62,208 nucleotides of DNA from assembly GCF_001194135.2 (NCBI RefSeq), contig NC_068986.1:87853977-87916184 (forward strand), read 5' to 3'. The translations under genes and the position numbers were made by a program. Below are positions 1-13,059 of the stretch, piece by piece. The notes beneath the pieces were generated by a model. That model searched no databases, was not told the DNA's origin, and saw nothing but the letters and a program-made list of their open reading frames with translations. Source of the stretch: Octopus bimaculoides. Taxonomy: Eukaryota. Positions within the stretch are counted from its first letter, which is position 1, and each line of letters opens with the position of its first letter.

Positions 1-132
1 AAATGAGTGTGGCTACAGAATAAGTGTCACATATATTTACAGATAAATCCCTCTATTACATAATATCGAGTTCTCTTTCTTTCTTTTGTTGCCGTTTGTA
101 TCAATATATACACATATATATTCCTTTTCTTT

Positions 133-345
133 TATTCTTTTACTTGCTTTATGTTTCAGTCATTTGTCTGCGGCCAGCTGGAGCACTGCCTTTAGTCGCG
201 CAAATCGAATCCAGAACTTATTCTTTATAAGCCTAGTACTCATTCTACCGGATTCTTTTGCCAAACAGCTAGGTTACGGGAGCGTAAAACCACCAGCTGT
301 CGGTTGTCATGTGATGTTAGGGGCACAAGGACAGACACACAAACA

Positions 346-393
<48 letters not shown>

Positions 394-573
394 TATATAT
401 ATATGTATACATATACGATGGGCTTCTTTCAATTTCGCCTACCAAAGCAACTCACAAGGGTATGGTCTGTGCGAGGCTATAGTAGAGAACACTTTACTCA
501 AGATGCCACGCAGTGGAACTGAACCCGCGACCAGGTGGTTGTTAAGCAAGCTACTTACCACACTCCTGCGCCT
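133..573 (-). mobile_element. tRNA-derived SINE, family A (full length)
   Basis: The reverse complement reads GGAGTG(T)GGTAAGTAGCTTGCTTAACAACCACCTGGTCGCGGGTTCAGTTCC (A/B-box head), then a conserved body, an internal (TA)n(TG)n tract and a GGCAGTGCTCCAGC..GCCGCAGACAAATGACTGAAAC tail. It matches about 16 other copies in the window. Confidence 0.9.
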
Positions 574-612
574 ATATATGTGTGTGTTTGTATACATACT
601 TGCATGCATGCG

Positions 613-654
<42 letters not shown>

Positions 655-799
655 CAACTGTACATATATACATTCATGTATATATACGTATGCATATATC
701 TATATACTTTTATGGGTATGTATGTATTTGTGTGTATACAAATGTACACATTTAAGCACGTACATACATACATACATATTTATATATATACACGCACAG

Positions 800-873
<74 letters not shown>

Positions 874-1440
874 ATCTAAACATGCTTGTCAGAGAGAGAG
901 GGGGCGAGAAGAGAAAGAGTAAGAGAAAGAAGCACGGAAGGTAGATGGATAGCGTCCGAAAGAAGGAAAGAGAAAGAGGGAGATTGGAAAAAGAGAACTG
1001 GAGGTATTTTAATTAAATAATTGAAAGAATAATCTCTAATATGTATGAATGCGATGTAATATTATATCTCAACCAACAGGATTTGTCGGTTAGTACTTGT
1101 GTTATGCAGATCATATGATTCAGCTTAGAAATCCTTTCTTATTCAAGGCGTCCATAGCAAAATGACAGCTTCTGGTAATGTGAAGGGATTAGGAATGAAA
1201 TTGATGAAAGTAAAGGAATAGGCATTGATTCCTGACTTAAGTTTGAAGTTAAACTGAAATAACTGTCATGTGTTATAGAACATGGTCAGCTTCCTTTGTG
1301 CTGCCATTTATCTGTCATTCTTGCTTTAGTAGACTACTAAACAACCAACGATTGAGATTCTATGCAAGTTGGTTGACATGATAAAAATAACCTCAAAAAT
1401 CTCAAATTAAAACTTACCATTTTCGGGTAATGTTGTCAGA

Positions 1441-1600
1441 GGTGGTTGAGTGTTTAAGAAGTTTGCTGCGCAGCGATGAGATCTTGGGTTCGATCCTGCT
1501 GCATATCTTTTTGTGTATGTGAATTTTCTATTGCTTCGGGTCGATCCAAGCTGTGTGAGTGAATTCGAATAGAGGAAAACTTCAAAGAAACTTATTGAAT
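1441..1600 (+). mobile_element. Degenerate SINE A 5' part
   Basis: GGTGGTTGAGTGTTTAAGAAGTTTGC...GGGTTCGATCC head, followed by a diverged TTCTATTGCTTCGGGTCGATCCAAGC..GTGAGTGAATT body. Confidence 0.55.
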
Positions 1601-1669
1601 GGACTGACCCTATAATTCACAAATCCAGTCTTAATACACTGGCTTAGGCTGAAATTTACATTAATAATC

Positions 1670-1770
1670 GTTTCTAATAAAGGTACAAAATCTCGGTGAA
1701 TACTGAACACTGAACGTAAAAAACGGATGAAATGCCGCAAAGTATTTTATTCGGCGTGCTAGCTCACTGC
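1670..1770 (-). mobile_element. Internally deleted SINE D
   Basis: TTTCTAATAAAGGTACAA tail and GAACGTAAAAACGGATGAAATGCCGCAAAGTATTTT head, as in other D copies. Confidence 0.55.
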
Positions 1771-2720
1771 TTCAGAGAGATTTACGTTAATAATGCATAG
1801 ATCTTTTGAATATTCAGTCATTTTTCACACATAGCAGCTTTCTCCCCATAACTCACAAAGCCTTTCGAGTTTGTTTATAAAAATATTATTTATGTACTAT
1901 ATATTTATATGTTTGTGCGTATATGTGTGTGTATATTTGTATATACTTTTGATTATGTAATAAACACAATCGTACAAGGACCTGAAGGCTTAATCAATAT
2001 TTTGATAAAGTGCAAACATATTGTTATTTATAAAGAATATTATATACAGTAACTTCGAAATTGTAGCTAAATCATCAGCAGACTACATATAGGTACTTAT
2101 ATATATATANNNNNNNNNNNNNNNNNNNNNNNNNNNNNNNNNNNNNNNNNNNNNNNNNNNNNNNNNNNNNNNNNNNNNNNNNNNNNNNNNNNNNNNNNNN
2201 NNNNNNNNNATGTATATATATATATATGCATGTATATATACGTGTACTTACATATGCCCGTCTATGTTATGTATGTTTGCATGTGTGTTTGTATGTGTGA
2301 ATCTATATACACAGACACGTAAAAACCTACATATGAAAGATAATGAAGTGTCAGAGATTATTCTAGAATTATAGAAAAATAGTCAAAATTCTTGGCAGAA
2401 ACTTGACATGTGATAATATCTTCAGAGATTTTGAAAGGCCAACATTTAGCAATAGCAGAGCTGTTCACTATTTTCCTGACATTATACGTCGACGTCACTT
2501 TAGAATATAAAGGCCTTTCTGTAGTTTTACCTTATCTAGTTTTCAATACAATAATTAACATTCAATATGTAGAAGAAAAAGCGACAGATTGGCAGCGTCG
2601 GACAGGATGCGGAAAAGTATTTGTTCATCTCTTTGTGTTCTAAGTTCAAATCATTTCATGGCCTATCTGGGTGCTAGATGTGATACGCTGTGATGTTTGA
2701 TATCACCACCTGCCTATTAG

Positions 2721-2806
2721 GTGCATTTGGAATCGTGCAATCACTCTGGAATCGTGCAGTCACAATTCGTGCATTTGGAATCGTGCAGTCACAATTCGTA
2801 TTTGGT
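2721..2806. repeat. Short minisatellite, ~29-bp unit GTGCATTTGGAATCGTGCAGTCACAATTC
   Basis: One complete unit at 2769-2797 and two partial units at 2721-2768. Confidence 0.85.
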
Positions 2807-2890
2807 TACTGCTTTGGTGTCACCTACCTCACTTCTTTGAGCGGCCCTGAAATGTAATATAGGCAATATCACCCTCGTCTGAGTAAGGGA

Positions 2891-3125
2891 TTGTTGTTGG
2901 CACTCTGTCGCTTATGACGTCGAGGGTTCCAGTTGATCCGATCAACGGAACAGCCTGCTCGTGAAATTAACGTGCAAGTGGCTGATCACTCCACAGACAC
3001 GTGTACCCTTAATGTAGTTCCCGGGGATATTCAGCGTGACACAGTGTCGCAAGGCTGACCCTTTGAATTACAGGCACAACAGAAACAGGAAGTAAGAGTG
3101 AGAGAAAGTTGTGGTGAAAGAGTAC
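2891..3125 (-). mobile_element. SINE family C, 3' portion (cut by gap)
   Basis: GTTGGCACTCTGTCGCTTATGACGTCGAGGGTTCCAGTTGATCCG... is near-identical to 30825-31207, 42168-42548 and 46243-46630. Confidence 0.9.
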
Positions 3126-3571
3126 ANNNNNNNNNNNNNNNNNNNNNNNNNNNNNNNNNNNNNNNNNNNNNNNNNNNNNNNNNNNNNNNNNNNNNNNNNN
3201 NNNNNNNNNNNNNNNNNNNNNNNNNNNNNNNNNNNNNNNNNNNNNNNNNNNNNNNNNNNNNNNNNNNNNNNNNNNNNNNNNNNNNNNNNNNNNNNNNNNN
3301 NNNNNNNNNNNNNNNNNNNNNNNNNNNNNNNNNNNNNNNNNNNNNNNNNNNNNNNNNNNNNNNNNNNNNNNNNNNNNNNNNNNNNNNNNNNNNNNNNNNN
3401 NNNNNNNNNNNNNNNNNNNNNNNNNNNNNNNNNNNNNNNNNNNNNNNNNNNNNNNNNNNNNNNNNNNNNNNNNNNNNNNNNNNNNNNNNNNNNNNNNNAT
3501 TAGATAATACATTTTGCATTTCGTTAAGTATATCAATATGCCTTTCTGTATTGAACTCATTTGTTTTACAG

Positions 3572-3609
3572 TTGAAAATCAAAATTCTATCACCAAAATT
3601 GAAATTTGA
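3572..3609 (+). CDS. Candidate terminal coding exon (xENQNSITKIEI*)
   Basis: Acceptor tcatttgttttacag, phase-1 open frame to TGA, then an A/T-rich tail with AATAAA at 3778. No homology recognised. Confidence 0.2.
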
Positions 3610-4019
3610 AAAAAATCAAAAACAAACAAAAAAACAATCAAAGAATGTCAATCGCAAAGAAATTTTTTTAAAAAACTCTTTTTTCTTTGTTTTGAAATTT
3701 TTTAAAAACTTTTTTTAAACTTTCAGTTTTATTTCATTGATAATATGAGCAATGATGGAAAACACGAAGAGAAGTACAATAAAAAAAATTTTTTTTTAAA
3801 TTCAATATAAAAAAAAAATTAAATAAATAACATAACATAGCATAACCAAACAGCTTCCATCTATTGTGTCTTAGGGGTGGATAAGGAAAGAAATGATTTG
3901 CATGCTAAAAATTTGATTGAAACGAGAGGAAACGAGGAAAAAAAATTCATGTTTTTGTAACATCTAAAAAGCAATGTTACACCCAAAAGCGCTTTTGTTC
4001 TAATTAAGTGCTTTAGTAA

Positions 4020-4100
4020 AAAAATAATAATAATAATAATAAAATAGTAATAACAACAACAACAACAACAATAATAATAATAATAATAATAATAATGATA

Positions 4101-4135
<35 letters not shown>
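4020..4135. repeat. (AAT)n/(AAC)n/(ATT)n compound microsatellite
   Basis: Direct reading. Confidence 0.9.
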
Positions 4136-4447
4136 GGTGATGTCAATGAAAGAAATTGGAAAGAGAAAGAAATGAAAGTATGAAGATAAACTGAAGAAGA
4201 AAATGTGGTGTGGGTGAATAAAGACAGAATTTAAGAAAGAATAAACAGAAAGAATTCCAGAATGTTGGCAACACAGAAGGACAAGACTGATGGACAGACA
4301 GGCAGGCAGGCAGTCAGACAGAGAGCAGGAAATACTCAAGGAAACGTTTAAAAAGACGCTCTTCGCGATAAAGAAACACACTTCTTGAAATTATTTGTAC
4401 TTTGGCGTTAAATTCTTCCATTTCGTTTTTTTTTTTTCTTAGGGAAA

Positions 4448-5170
4448 TGATGGTGGTGGTATCGGTGGTGGTGGTGGTGGTGGTGGTGGNNNNNNNNNNN
4501 NNNNNNNNNNNNNNNNNNNNNNNNNNNNNNNNNNNNNNNNNNNNNNNNNNNNNNNNNNNNNNNNNNNNNNNNNNNNNNNNNNNNNNNNNNNNNNNNNNNN
4601 NNNNNNNNNNNNNNNNNNNNNNNNNNNNNNNNNNNNNNNNNNNNNNNNNNNNNNNNNNNNNNNNNNNNNNNNNNNNNNNNNNNNNNNNNNNNNNNNNNNN
4701 NNNNNNNNNNNNNNNNNNNNNNNNNNNNNNNGTGGTGATAATTTTGGTGGTGTTAGCGGCAGTTAAAGGTGGTAGTAATAATGCGTTTGAGGTGCTGGCC
4801 CTGGTAATGTTGATATTGCTGATGATGTAGGTGATGATGGTGGTAATTTTGGTGGTGATGATGATTTATTCCAAGTGATGGTGGTGTTGGGAGTGGCGGG
4901 CTAAGGTGGCATTTGTGATAGCAGAATTGCTAGTGGCTGGTAGGTTTCAGGTTGTAGTGGTGGTGGTGGTCGTCGTCGTAGTCGTCATCGTCGTCGTAGT
5001 AGTGATGTAAATGTTGAAGATTTTCGTTGTGACATTGAGGTCCAGAGGTGGTGTTTGCAGTGGTAATAATGGTGATGAGGATTTTGCAGGTGAATTTGGT
5101 TGCTATTGGTGGTAGGTGTGTGAGTGATCACGGTGGTATGTATTAGCAGCAGTAATGATGAACATGTATC
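4448..5170. repeat. (GGT)n/(GAT)n/(GTC)n low-complexity tract with gap
   Basis: Direct reading; it generates the spurious poly-Val and poly-His ORFs. Confidence 0.8.
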
Positions 5171-5435
5171 TGTATAACTGTCTGTCAAAATTGGTACAAA
5201 ACAACAAATTTGGAAGAAAGTCTAGCTGATTAATTTGGTCCTTGTGCGTGTCTGGTACTCATTTTCTATTAATTTCTCGGCGCCGGGCGGCTCAAAGGTA
5301 AAATCAACTTGGATGGTATTTGAACTCGAAACCAAATACCATAATCCCGCTGCATTAATAACTGGACGAGCCGAAACACTTGATTTAATACTGTTCACCA
5401 CATATCTTTATGCTCACATTATATGAAGTGTTTCA

Positions 5436-5637
5436 GGCGGCGAGCTAGCAGAAACGTTAGTACGCCGGGAGAAACGCTTAGCGGTGTTTCGCCTGTCTTT
5501 TATGTTTTGAGTTCAAATCCTGCGAAGGTCGACTTTGTCTTTCAACCATTTTGGGTCGATAAAGTAAGTACCAGTTGCGTACAAGGGTCGATCTAATCGA
5601 CTGGCCCCCTCCCTAAAAATTATGGGCCTTGTACCTA
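5436..5637 (+). mobile_element. tRNA-derived SINE, family D
   Basis: GGCGGCGAGCTAGCAGAAACGTTAG head, GAGTTCAAATCC B box, GGTCGACTTTG..GGGTCGATAAAGTAAGTACCAGT body and GGCCTTGTACC tail. Confidence 0.85.
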
Positions 5638-5921
5638 NNNNNNNNNNNNNNNNNNNNNNNNNNNNNNNNNNNNNNNNNNNNNNNNNNNNNNNNNNNNNNN
5701 NNNNNNNNNNNNNNNNNNNNNNNNNNNNNNNNNNNNNNNNNNNNNNNNNNNNNNNNNNNNNNNNNNNNNNNNNNNNNNNNNNNNNNNNNNNNNNNNNNNN
5801 NNNNNNNNNNNNNNNNNNNNNNNNNNNNNNNNNNNNNNNNNNNNNNNNNNNNNNNNNNNNNNNNNNNNNNNNNNNNNNNNNNNNNNNNNNNNNNNNNNNN
5901 NNNNNNNNNNNNNNNNNNNNN

Positions 5922-5974
<53 letters not shown>

Positions 5975-6458
5975 TATATTCATCTATATAGAGATTTAAA
6001 TTTACACATAATCGCACGCGCAGGCACACACACACACACTCGCGCACACGCACATACATACATTCATGCAGTATGTATGCATGCACATATGTATGCTTGT
6101 ATATATACGTATGAACGTCTGTATGTGTGTTCTCAACAATCATCTCTCTCCCCTCTCTCTCTCTCCCTCTCTCTCCCCTTAATTCCTCTTGGTTTTACTT
6201 TGTTATAGAGATTACTTCGTCTCTTTCGGCTGTAATATCTCGCTTCTTTTTTTCATCACCTTCTACCCCCCCCCCACCTCACGTCTTCTCTCTGTCTCTA
6301 TCTCAAAATATTTCGTCTTATAATTCCCATCACCACCGCCACCGCCACCACTACCACCAGCATCAAGAATAACGCCAAGCACCGCTACCAGCAGCGTAAT
6401 TTCATCTTTCATCTTTGCGGAACCCTACCTTAGTTATTCTCTCATTACATATACTCAC

Positions 6459-6572
6459 CTTAGCAGTCACGAAAGTAAAAAGCCATGGGCCAATTTGTAG
6501 AACAAAGAAATAAATCGCCGATCGGGTAGTAAAATCGACCCAAGCGCTGTTGGTTCGTGTCAGCGTGATTCC
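6459..6572 (-). CDS. Candidate internal exon, 114 nt, GITLTRTNSAWVDFTTRSAIYFFVLQIGPWLFTFVTAK (hydrophobic)
   Basis: ctcctag acceptor, AAG|gtgagt donor, open phase 0-0. The central part weakly resembles decayed SINE D, so confidence is low. Confidence 0.3.
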
Positions 6573-6990
6573 CTAGGAGCTAATAATAACTCTCTATTGC
6601 TGCAATCAATTTTTACATCTTGCCATACATTCTCTCAACAGACGTCGAGTTACTCAACTTAAAAACAAAATTAATTCCCCCTAGTTCTATATTATGTTTA
6701 CACACGTATTCTCACATACTTACACATATATAAACGTATATATTGTTACACACACGGGAGAAAAAGTTAGAAACATTGTAACATAAAAACATGTGTATAG
6801 AGACAAAGATACTGAAATACATATGAACACATATTGTTGTGTGTGTAAAGGTATACATGTATCTATGTATAAAAACTCAACACAGCCACCCCATATTTAT
6901 CTGTCTATGCTACTATCAATCTCTCTCTCTCCCTCCTCTCTCTCGCTCTCTCACTCTCTCTCTCACGCTCTCTCTCTCTCTCTCTCTCTC

Positions 6991-7030
<40 letters not shown>

Positions 7031-9226
7031 TGAGTATACTTATCAATTAATCAATCTATATTATATACATTATGTGTATATATACAAACGTACATAAACA
7101 TATATGCATACATACACGCATACACACACACACACACGCACACACATATATATGTATACATACATATATATATATATGTGTATATGTATGTANNNNNNNN
7201 NNNNNNNNNNNNNNNNNNNNNNNNNNNNNNNNNNNNNNNNNNNNNNNNNNNNNNNNNNNNNNNNNNNNNNNNNNNNNNNNNNNNNNNNNNNNNNNNNNNN
7301 NNNNNNNNNNNNNNNNNNNNNNNNNNNNNNNNNNNNNNNNNNNNNNNNNNNNNNNNNNNNNNNNNNNNNNNNNNNNNNNNNNNNNNNNNNNNNNNNNNNN
7401 NNNNNNNNNNNNNNNNNNNNNNNNNNNNNNNNNNNNNNNNNNNNNNNNNNNNNNNNNNNNNNNNNNNNNNNNNNNNNNNNNNNNNNNNNNNNNNNNNNNN
7501 NNNNNNNNNNNNNNNNNNNNNNNNNNNNNNNNNNNNNNNNNNNNNNNNNNNNNNNNNNNNNNNNNNNNNNNNNNNNNNNNNNNNNNNNNNNNNNNNNNNN
7601 NNNNNNNNNNNNNNNNNNNNNNNNNNNNNNNNNNNNNNNNNNNNNNNNNNNNNNNNNNNNNNNNNNNNNNNNNNNNNNNNNNNNNNNNNNNNNNNNNNNN
7701 NNNNNNNNNNNNNNNNNNNNNNNNNNNNNNNNNNNNNNNNNNNNNNNNNNNNNNNNNNNNNNNNNNNNNNNNNNNNNNNNNNNNNNNNNNNNNNNNNNNN
7801 NNNNNNNNNNNNNNNNNNNNNNNNNNNNNNNNNNNNNNNNNNNNNNNNNNNNNNNNNNNNNNNNNNNNNNNNNNNNNNNNNNNNNNNNNNNNNNNNNNNN
7901 NNNNNNNNNNNNNNNNNNNNNNNNNNNNNNNNNNNNNNNNNNNNNNNNNNNNNNNNNNNNNNNNNNNNNNNNNNNNNNNNNNNNNNNNNNNNNNNNNNNN
8001 NNNNNNNNNNNNNNNNNNNNNNNNNNNNNNNNNNNNNNNNNNNNNNNNNNNNNNNNNNNNNNNNNNNNNNNNNNNNNNNNNNNNNNNNNNNNNNNNNNNN
8101 NNNNNNNNNNNNNNNNNNTATATACGTTTGTGTGTGTGTGTGTGTGTGCGCGTGAGTGTGTGCTCGCACGTGTGTATATTTATGTATCTATGTATATATA
8201 TAAATATATATATGTACCTATCATATCTTAATACATGCGTGTGCGTATACGCTTACACATACAAATATAAAGACGTCAACTGCTATCGATGTAGAAGTAT
8301 ATGTATAGACACAATTGCTGTACTAGTCTATTTCGGTTAATTTGAATCTATGTTTATGAAAGTTTTGCGTGAAACACATGCTCATATACATGTGTCACCG
8401 TAAGTATGTGAGTATGTAATGACGAAAGTAGATTGATGTAAGGCAAAATGTAAATGACAGATGAATACTAATTTGACACTCAATCAAAAATTTTGTAAAG
8501 TTCATATATAAATATAAACATACTTGCATATATATGTACATACATATATACATATATATGTATATACATNNNNNNNNNNNNNNNNNNNNNNNNNNNNNNN
8601 NNNNNNNNNNNNNNNNNNNNNNNNNNNNNNNNNNNNNNNNNNNNNNNNNNNNNNNNNNNNNNNNNNNNNNNNNNNNNNNNNNNNNNNNNNNNNNNNNNNN
8701 NNNNNNNNNNNNNNNNNNNNNNNNNNNNNNNNNNNNNNNNNNNNNNNNNNNNNNNNNNNNNNNNNNNNNNNNNNNNNNNNNNNNNNNNNNNNNNNNNNNN
8801 NNNNNNNNNNNNNNNNNNNNNNNNNNNNNNNNNNNNNNNNNNNNNNNNNNNNNNNNNNNNNNNNNNNNNNNNNNNNNNNNNNNNNNNNNNNNNNNNNNNN
8901 NNNNNNNNNNNNNNNNNNNNNNNNNNNNNNNNNNNNNNNNNNNNNNNNNNNNNNNNNNNNNNNNNNNNNNNNNNNNNNNNNNNNNNNNNNNNNNNNNNNN
9001 NNNNNNNNNNNNNNNNNNNNNNNNNNNNNNNNNNNNNNNNNNNNNNNNNNNNNNNNNNNNNNNNNNNNNNNNNNNNNNNNNNNNNNNNNNNNNNNNNNNN
9101 NNNNNNNNNNNNNNNNNNNNNNNNNNNNNNNNNNNNNNNNNNNNNNNNNNNNNNNNNNNNNNNNNNNNNNNNNNNNNNNNNNNNNNNNNNNNNNNNNNNN
9201 NNNNNNNNNNNNNNNNNNNNNNNNNN

Positions 9227-9295
<69 letters not shown>

Positions 9296-9469
9296 CAAAC
9301 GCGTGCATATATATGAATGTACATGAAAACATGTAAATGTACAAATACATACATACGTGTATACGTATGTATATAAAAGCTTCTTTGTATTCATAATACT
9401 AATACTGTTTTGAATATGCTGAATATTCAGTTGCAGAGAGTATAATGTGATCAGATATTAAAAGTTTTA

Positions 9470-9790
9470 TCATTGAAAAGTCGATACTATAAAGCGTCTC
9501 AACTGTTGAGTTATCACCTCTAATCTTTTGTTCAAACTATGAAATAAAATGAATGATAATTTGCTTAACCAAAGTTTGATGTTAATCTGATAGAAAATTC
9601 TAAGGGACATATGGAAAATGACCGTCGAAATTTGACCTTCTAATGCACCCCACTTTTTCTCAATTTCTATGTACTTGGAAAGTTTCGTTTTCTTTTCCAA
9701 TTTTGTGAATGCGCAGATTGATAAATCGAAATATTTGCATCAATTTTCCTCCAATACAGTAACATCTTGTGATGAGCTCTTAGTTTCTTT
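9470..9790 (-). mobile_element. Decayed R4/Dong-type non-LTR retrotransposon C-terminus (RLE region)
   Basis: Translation QDVTVLEEN*CKYFDLSICAFTKLEKKTKLSKYIEIEKKWG...LRRFIVS resembles the PD..ID.S.P...EKLSKY..L.IEI..MW tail of RLE-encoding LINEs (from memory). Confidence 0.4.
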
Positions 9791-10459
9791 TCTTCATCTG
9801 TCTATTTTATGGTCATTAATATATTGCACGTTACTATAAGACCATGGTCTTTGTAGGAGGAGGAAATTTGTAAATACATACATACATAAACAGATAAATA
9901 CACATATATACAAACACACACATGCATAGATACATACATGTGTATATGTGTGTCTGTGTGTGTATTTGTATACTCTCATACGCGCACACACACACGGATA
10001 TCAGTAGTCCTAATATGCATGAGTTATTCTTGACCACGAAATAAAGATATTCATTGTGTTTGGTGATGGAGAATATGTTTTGCTGTAGAGAAAATCATGT
10101 CGTCGCACCACTTATACGTATATGTTTTGAGATATCCCAAAATATTTCCAGCAACATATTTCTTCTGGTAATTTCAAAGCAAGCATTTAAACTTATATAT
10201 ATATATATCTCATAATGATTATTTTCAAGTAGCATAGCATTATCTTTAATTTCTTTTTGTATATATATCATTCAACCACGATAGTTGTTGAATAATATTC
10301 TTAAGGTCGCAATTAACTCACATGCAGTATCTTTCAGAGTTTGTCGTTTATTCAGTTCTTAACCAAATTGAAAACTGTTAACATTCTTGAATAGGACTGG
10401 TCACTAGCTACATTTTGCCATAAAAAATTGAGATTTGATCCAGTAGGAAAAAAGCTTAC

Positions 10460-10517
10460 CTCAAAAATTGTAGCAACGTTATAGGAGAGTAAGTAACGCC
10501 AACAATCAAATTTAGAT
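10460..10517 (-). CDS. Candidate micro-exon, 58 nt, xSKFDCWRYLLSYNVATIFE
   Basis: GAG|gtaagc donor and open frame, but a weak A-rich acceptor (attatttag). Confidence 0.22.
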
Positions 10518-12431
10518 CTAAATAATTTTGTTATTTTCAAGGCAAAATATATTTATATTAGCTTCAATGATAAAAGAAAGCATGAAGAATTTTATACTTT
10601 TCGTCCCACGTAGTAAAAATTTGTATAATAATGAAAGAATATACAAGGCAAAATTGGATTTATTTGAAAACAAACTATATTTTAATTAAGCGTAAGTGAT
10701 AGAGCTCAATTCGAGGAATTTCATGGTATCAGTTTCATGCAATGAAGTTTTAAAAGAAAACAGCTATGAGCGTTTGATTCTCAAATCTGAGGGTGACAAT
10801 ATAGTTCTATACTTTTTTATGAATATAGTTCTATAAGGGGACTTTAAATATATGTCACCGGCGTCATTGAGGTAAAGAAAAAATTATCAACGACACCGCT
10901 AATTGACGCAGTTTACACATTATTAATTAGCAGAATAGCATAGCCTGGAAAAAACATGGATTGCATGGGAAAGTGCGAGCAATGCAAATAATATTTTTAA
11001 GATTATAAACCTGTAAAATTACAGGACAAATTATTACACTTGGAAAAGTTGAGGACAAGTTATTACATCTGGTAATGTACAGAACAAGAAATTTTTACTT
11101 AAAATATTGCAGCTAAGGATAAAATTTGAATACTAAAAATGATTTGATTTTAATTTACAAAGTAACATTATAATTAAAAAAAGATACCATCATTTTGTTA
11201 AAATATTGACACAGTAGAATACTTTAAAAATGAGAGCCAGAAGTACTAATACAGCTAAACTTTTATGCAAAGTAGAATAGTATATATGGTAGGCAAATTC
11301 ATCATGTAAAAAACAAGATTTGACTCAAGATTAAAAATGTGAAGACTCAAGCAAATTTTACGGTAAATTTGTTGTTATAGGTAGATTTTACTGTAATATA
11401 TAACTAATGTTTGTATTATTCTATTTATTGTACTAACAAATTATGTATTACTATTATTTTTTGTAAACTATCTTCAAATTTCTGATTATTAATTAATAAT
11501 TTAAAAAATGAATTTTTAAAGCGAAAAATATTTTAATTGAGTTACTTTTAATTTTAATAGAAGTAACAAGTAACAACAAATAGAAGTAATAACTTGTAAT
11601 AAAATTTTTAGTTTTAAAATATTGACACACTAGAATACTTTTATTTGAAATGTTATCCTTAGCTACAATATTTTAAGTAAAACTGTTCTTGTTCTTTACT
11701 TTACCAGATGTAATAAGNNNNNNNNNNNNNNNNNNNNNNNNNNNNNNNNNNNNNNNNNNNNNNNNNNNNNNNNNNNNNNNNNNNNNNNNNNNNNNNNNNN
11801 NNNNNNNNNNNNNNNNNNNNNNNNNNNNNNNNNNNNNNNNNNNNNNNNNNNNNNNNNNNNNNNNNNNNNNNNNNNNNNNNNNNNNNNNNNNNNNNNNNNN
11901 NNNNNNNNNNNNNNNNNNNNNNNNNNNNNNNNNNNNNNNNNNNNNNNNNNNNNNNNNNNNNNNNNNNNNNNNNNNNNNNNNNNNNNNNNNNNNNNNNNNN
12001 NNNNNNNNNNNNNNNNNNNNNNNNNNNNNNNNNNNNNNNNNNNNNNNNNATATATATATGGGCCCAAAAGAATTAGGTTTTGTTTATTTTCTTATTAGCT
12101 GCGGGAACGAGTCGGTGAAGAACATACGTTTTCAGACACAGAGTGTTAAAATACACTGAATATCTCAAGCCAAGCTAGGTAACTCGTCCCGTGGGTGAGC
12201 GAGAACGTTGTTCGATAGTTCGCTGTTATTTCTACTCTTCAGCATCGTACGCCTAAGTCAACACAGTAGAATCGGAATCACTGGTTTAAGGTATATAGGC
12301 AAATAATGCAGAATCTACCTCCTGAAGTGCACAGGTAGGACAAAATTGAATTTTGAATTATAAATAGATATAATAATGTATATATTACCGATTTCCCATA
12401 ATGACTGCATGTATTTTGCACGTGCACTTAC

Positions 12432-12478
12432 AAACAGCAACTTAAAGGGACCTGCCTCTGACGCATTCCCGCAAAGTC
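12432..12478 (-). CDS. Candidate micro-exon, 47 nt, DFAGMRQRQVPLSCC(x)
   Basis: atgttgtag acceptor and TTT|gtaagt donor; two frames are open. Confidence 0.22.
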
Positions 12479-12550
12479 CTACAACATTAATGCATACACG
12501 TATAAATACAAAGATATATATATCTGCTCATGCATAAATATACACATGGG

Positions 12551-12997
12551 TCCAGGAATGGCTATGTGGTAAGAAGATTGCTTCCCAACCACATGGTTCC
12601 AGATTCAATCTCACTGCGTGGTACCTTGGGCAAGTGTCTTCTGCTATAGCCTCAGACTTACTAAAGCTATGTGAGTGGGTTTGGTAGACGGAAACTGTAA
12701 GAAGCCCGTGGTATATATATACATACATGTGTGTGAGTGTATATGTGTGTGTGTGTGTTTGTTAGTGTGTGAATTTGTGTGTGTGTTTGTTGGTGTGTGT
12801 ATTAGTGTGTGTGTCCGTTAGTTCCTCCGCCATCGCTTGACAACAGATGTTGGTGAGGTTACGTCTCCGTAATTTAGCGGTTCGGCAAAATAAACCAACA
12901 GAATACTTACCAAGAATAAGTCTTGGGGCCGATTCGTTCGACTGAAGGCGGTGCTCCAACATGGCCGCAGTCAAATGACTGAAACAACTAAAAGAAT
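12551..12997 (+). mobile_element. SINE A (full length)
   Basis: AGGAATGGCTATGTGGTAAG head ... GGCGGTGCTCCAACATGGCCGCAGTCAAATGACTGAAAC tail. Confidence 0.9.
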
Positions 12998-13059
12998 GCA
13001 TATAGTAATCTTAATCACATTGATAATAGTGATTTCAAGTATAGCGCAGGGCCAGCAGT

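Noticed and set aside
86-922. 278-aa ORF
   Set aside because: It is the antisense reading of SINE A plus (CA)n/(TA)n repeats, giving THTHTH/YIYIYI runs.
2050-2092. Segment bounded by tacag and gtactt
   Set aside because: Stop codons in all three frames.
7051-9394. Long ORFs of 260-420 aa
   Set aside because: Made almost entirely of N-gap X residues flanked by microsatellites; the same applies to all X-containing ORFs.
10321-10410. Apparent minus-strand exon ending at a gtgagt donor
   Set aside because: All acceptor/frame combinations tried hit stops.
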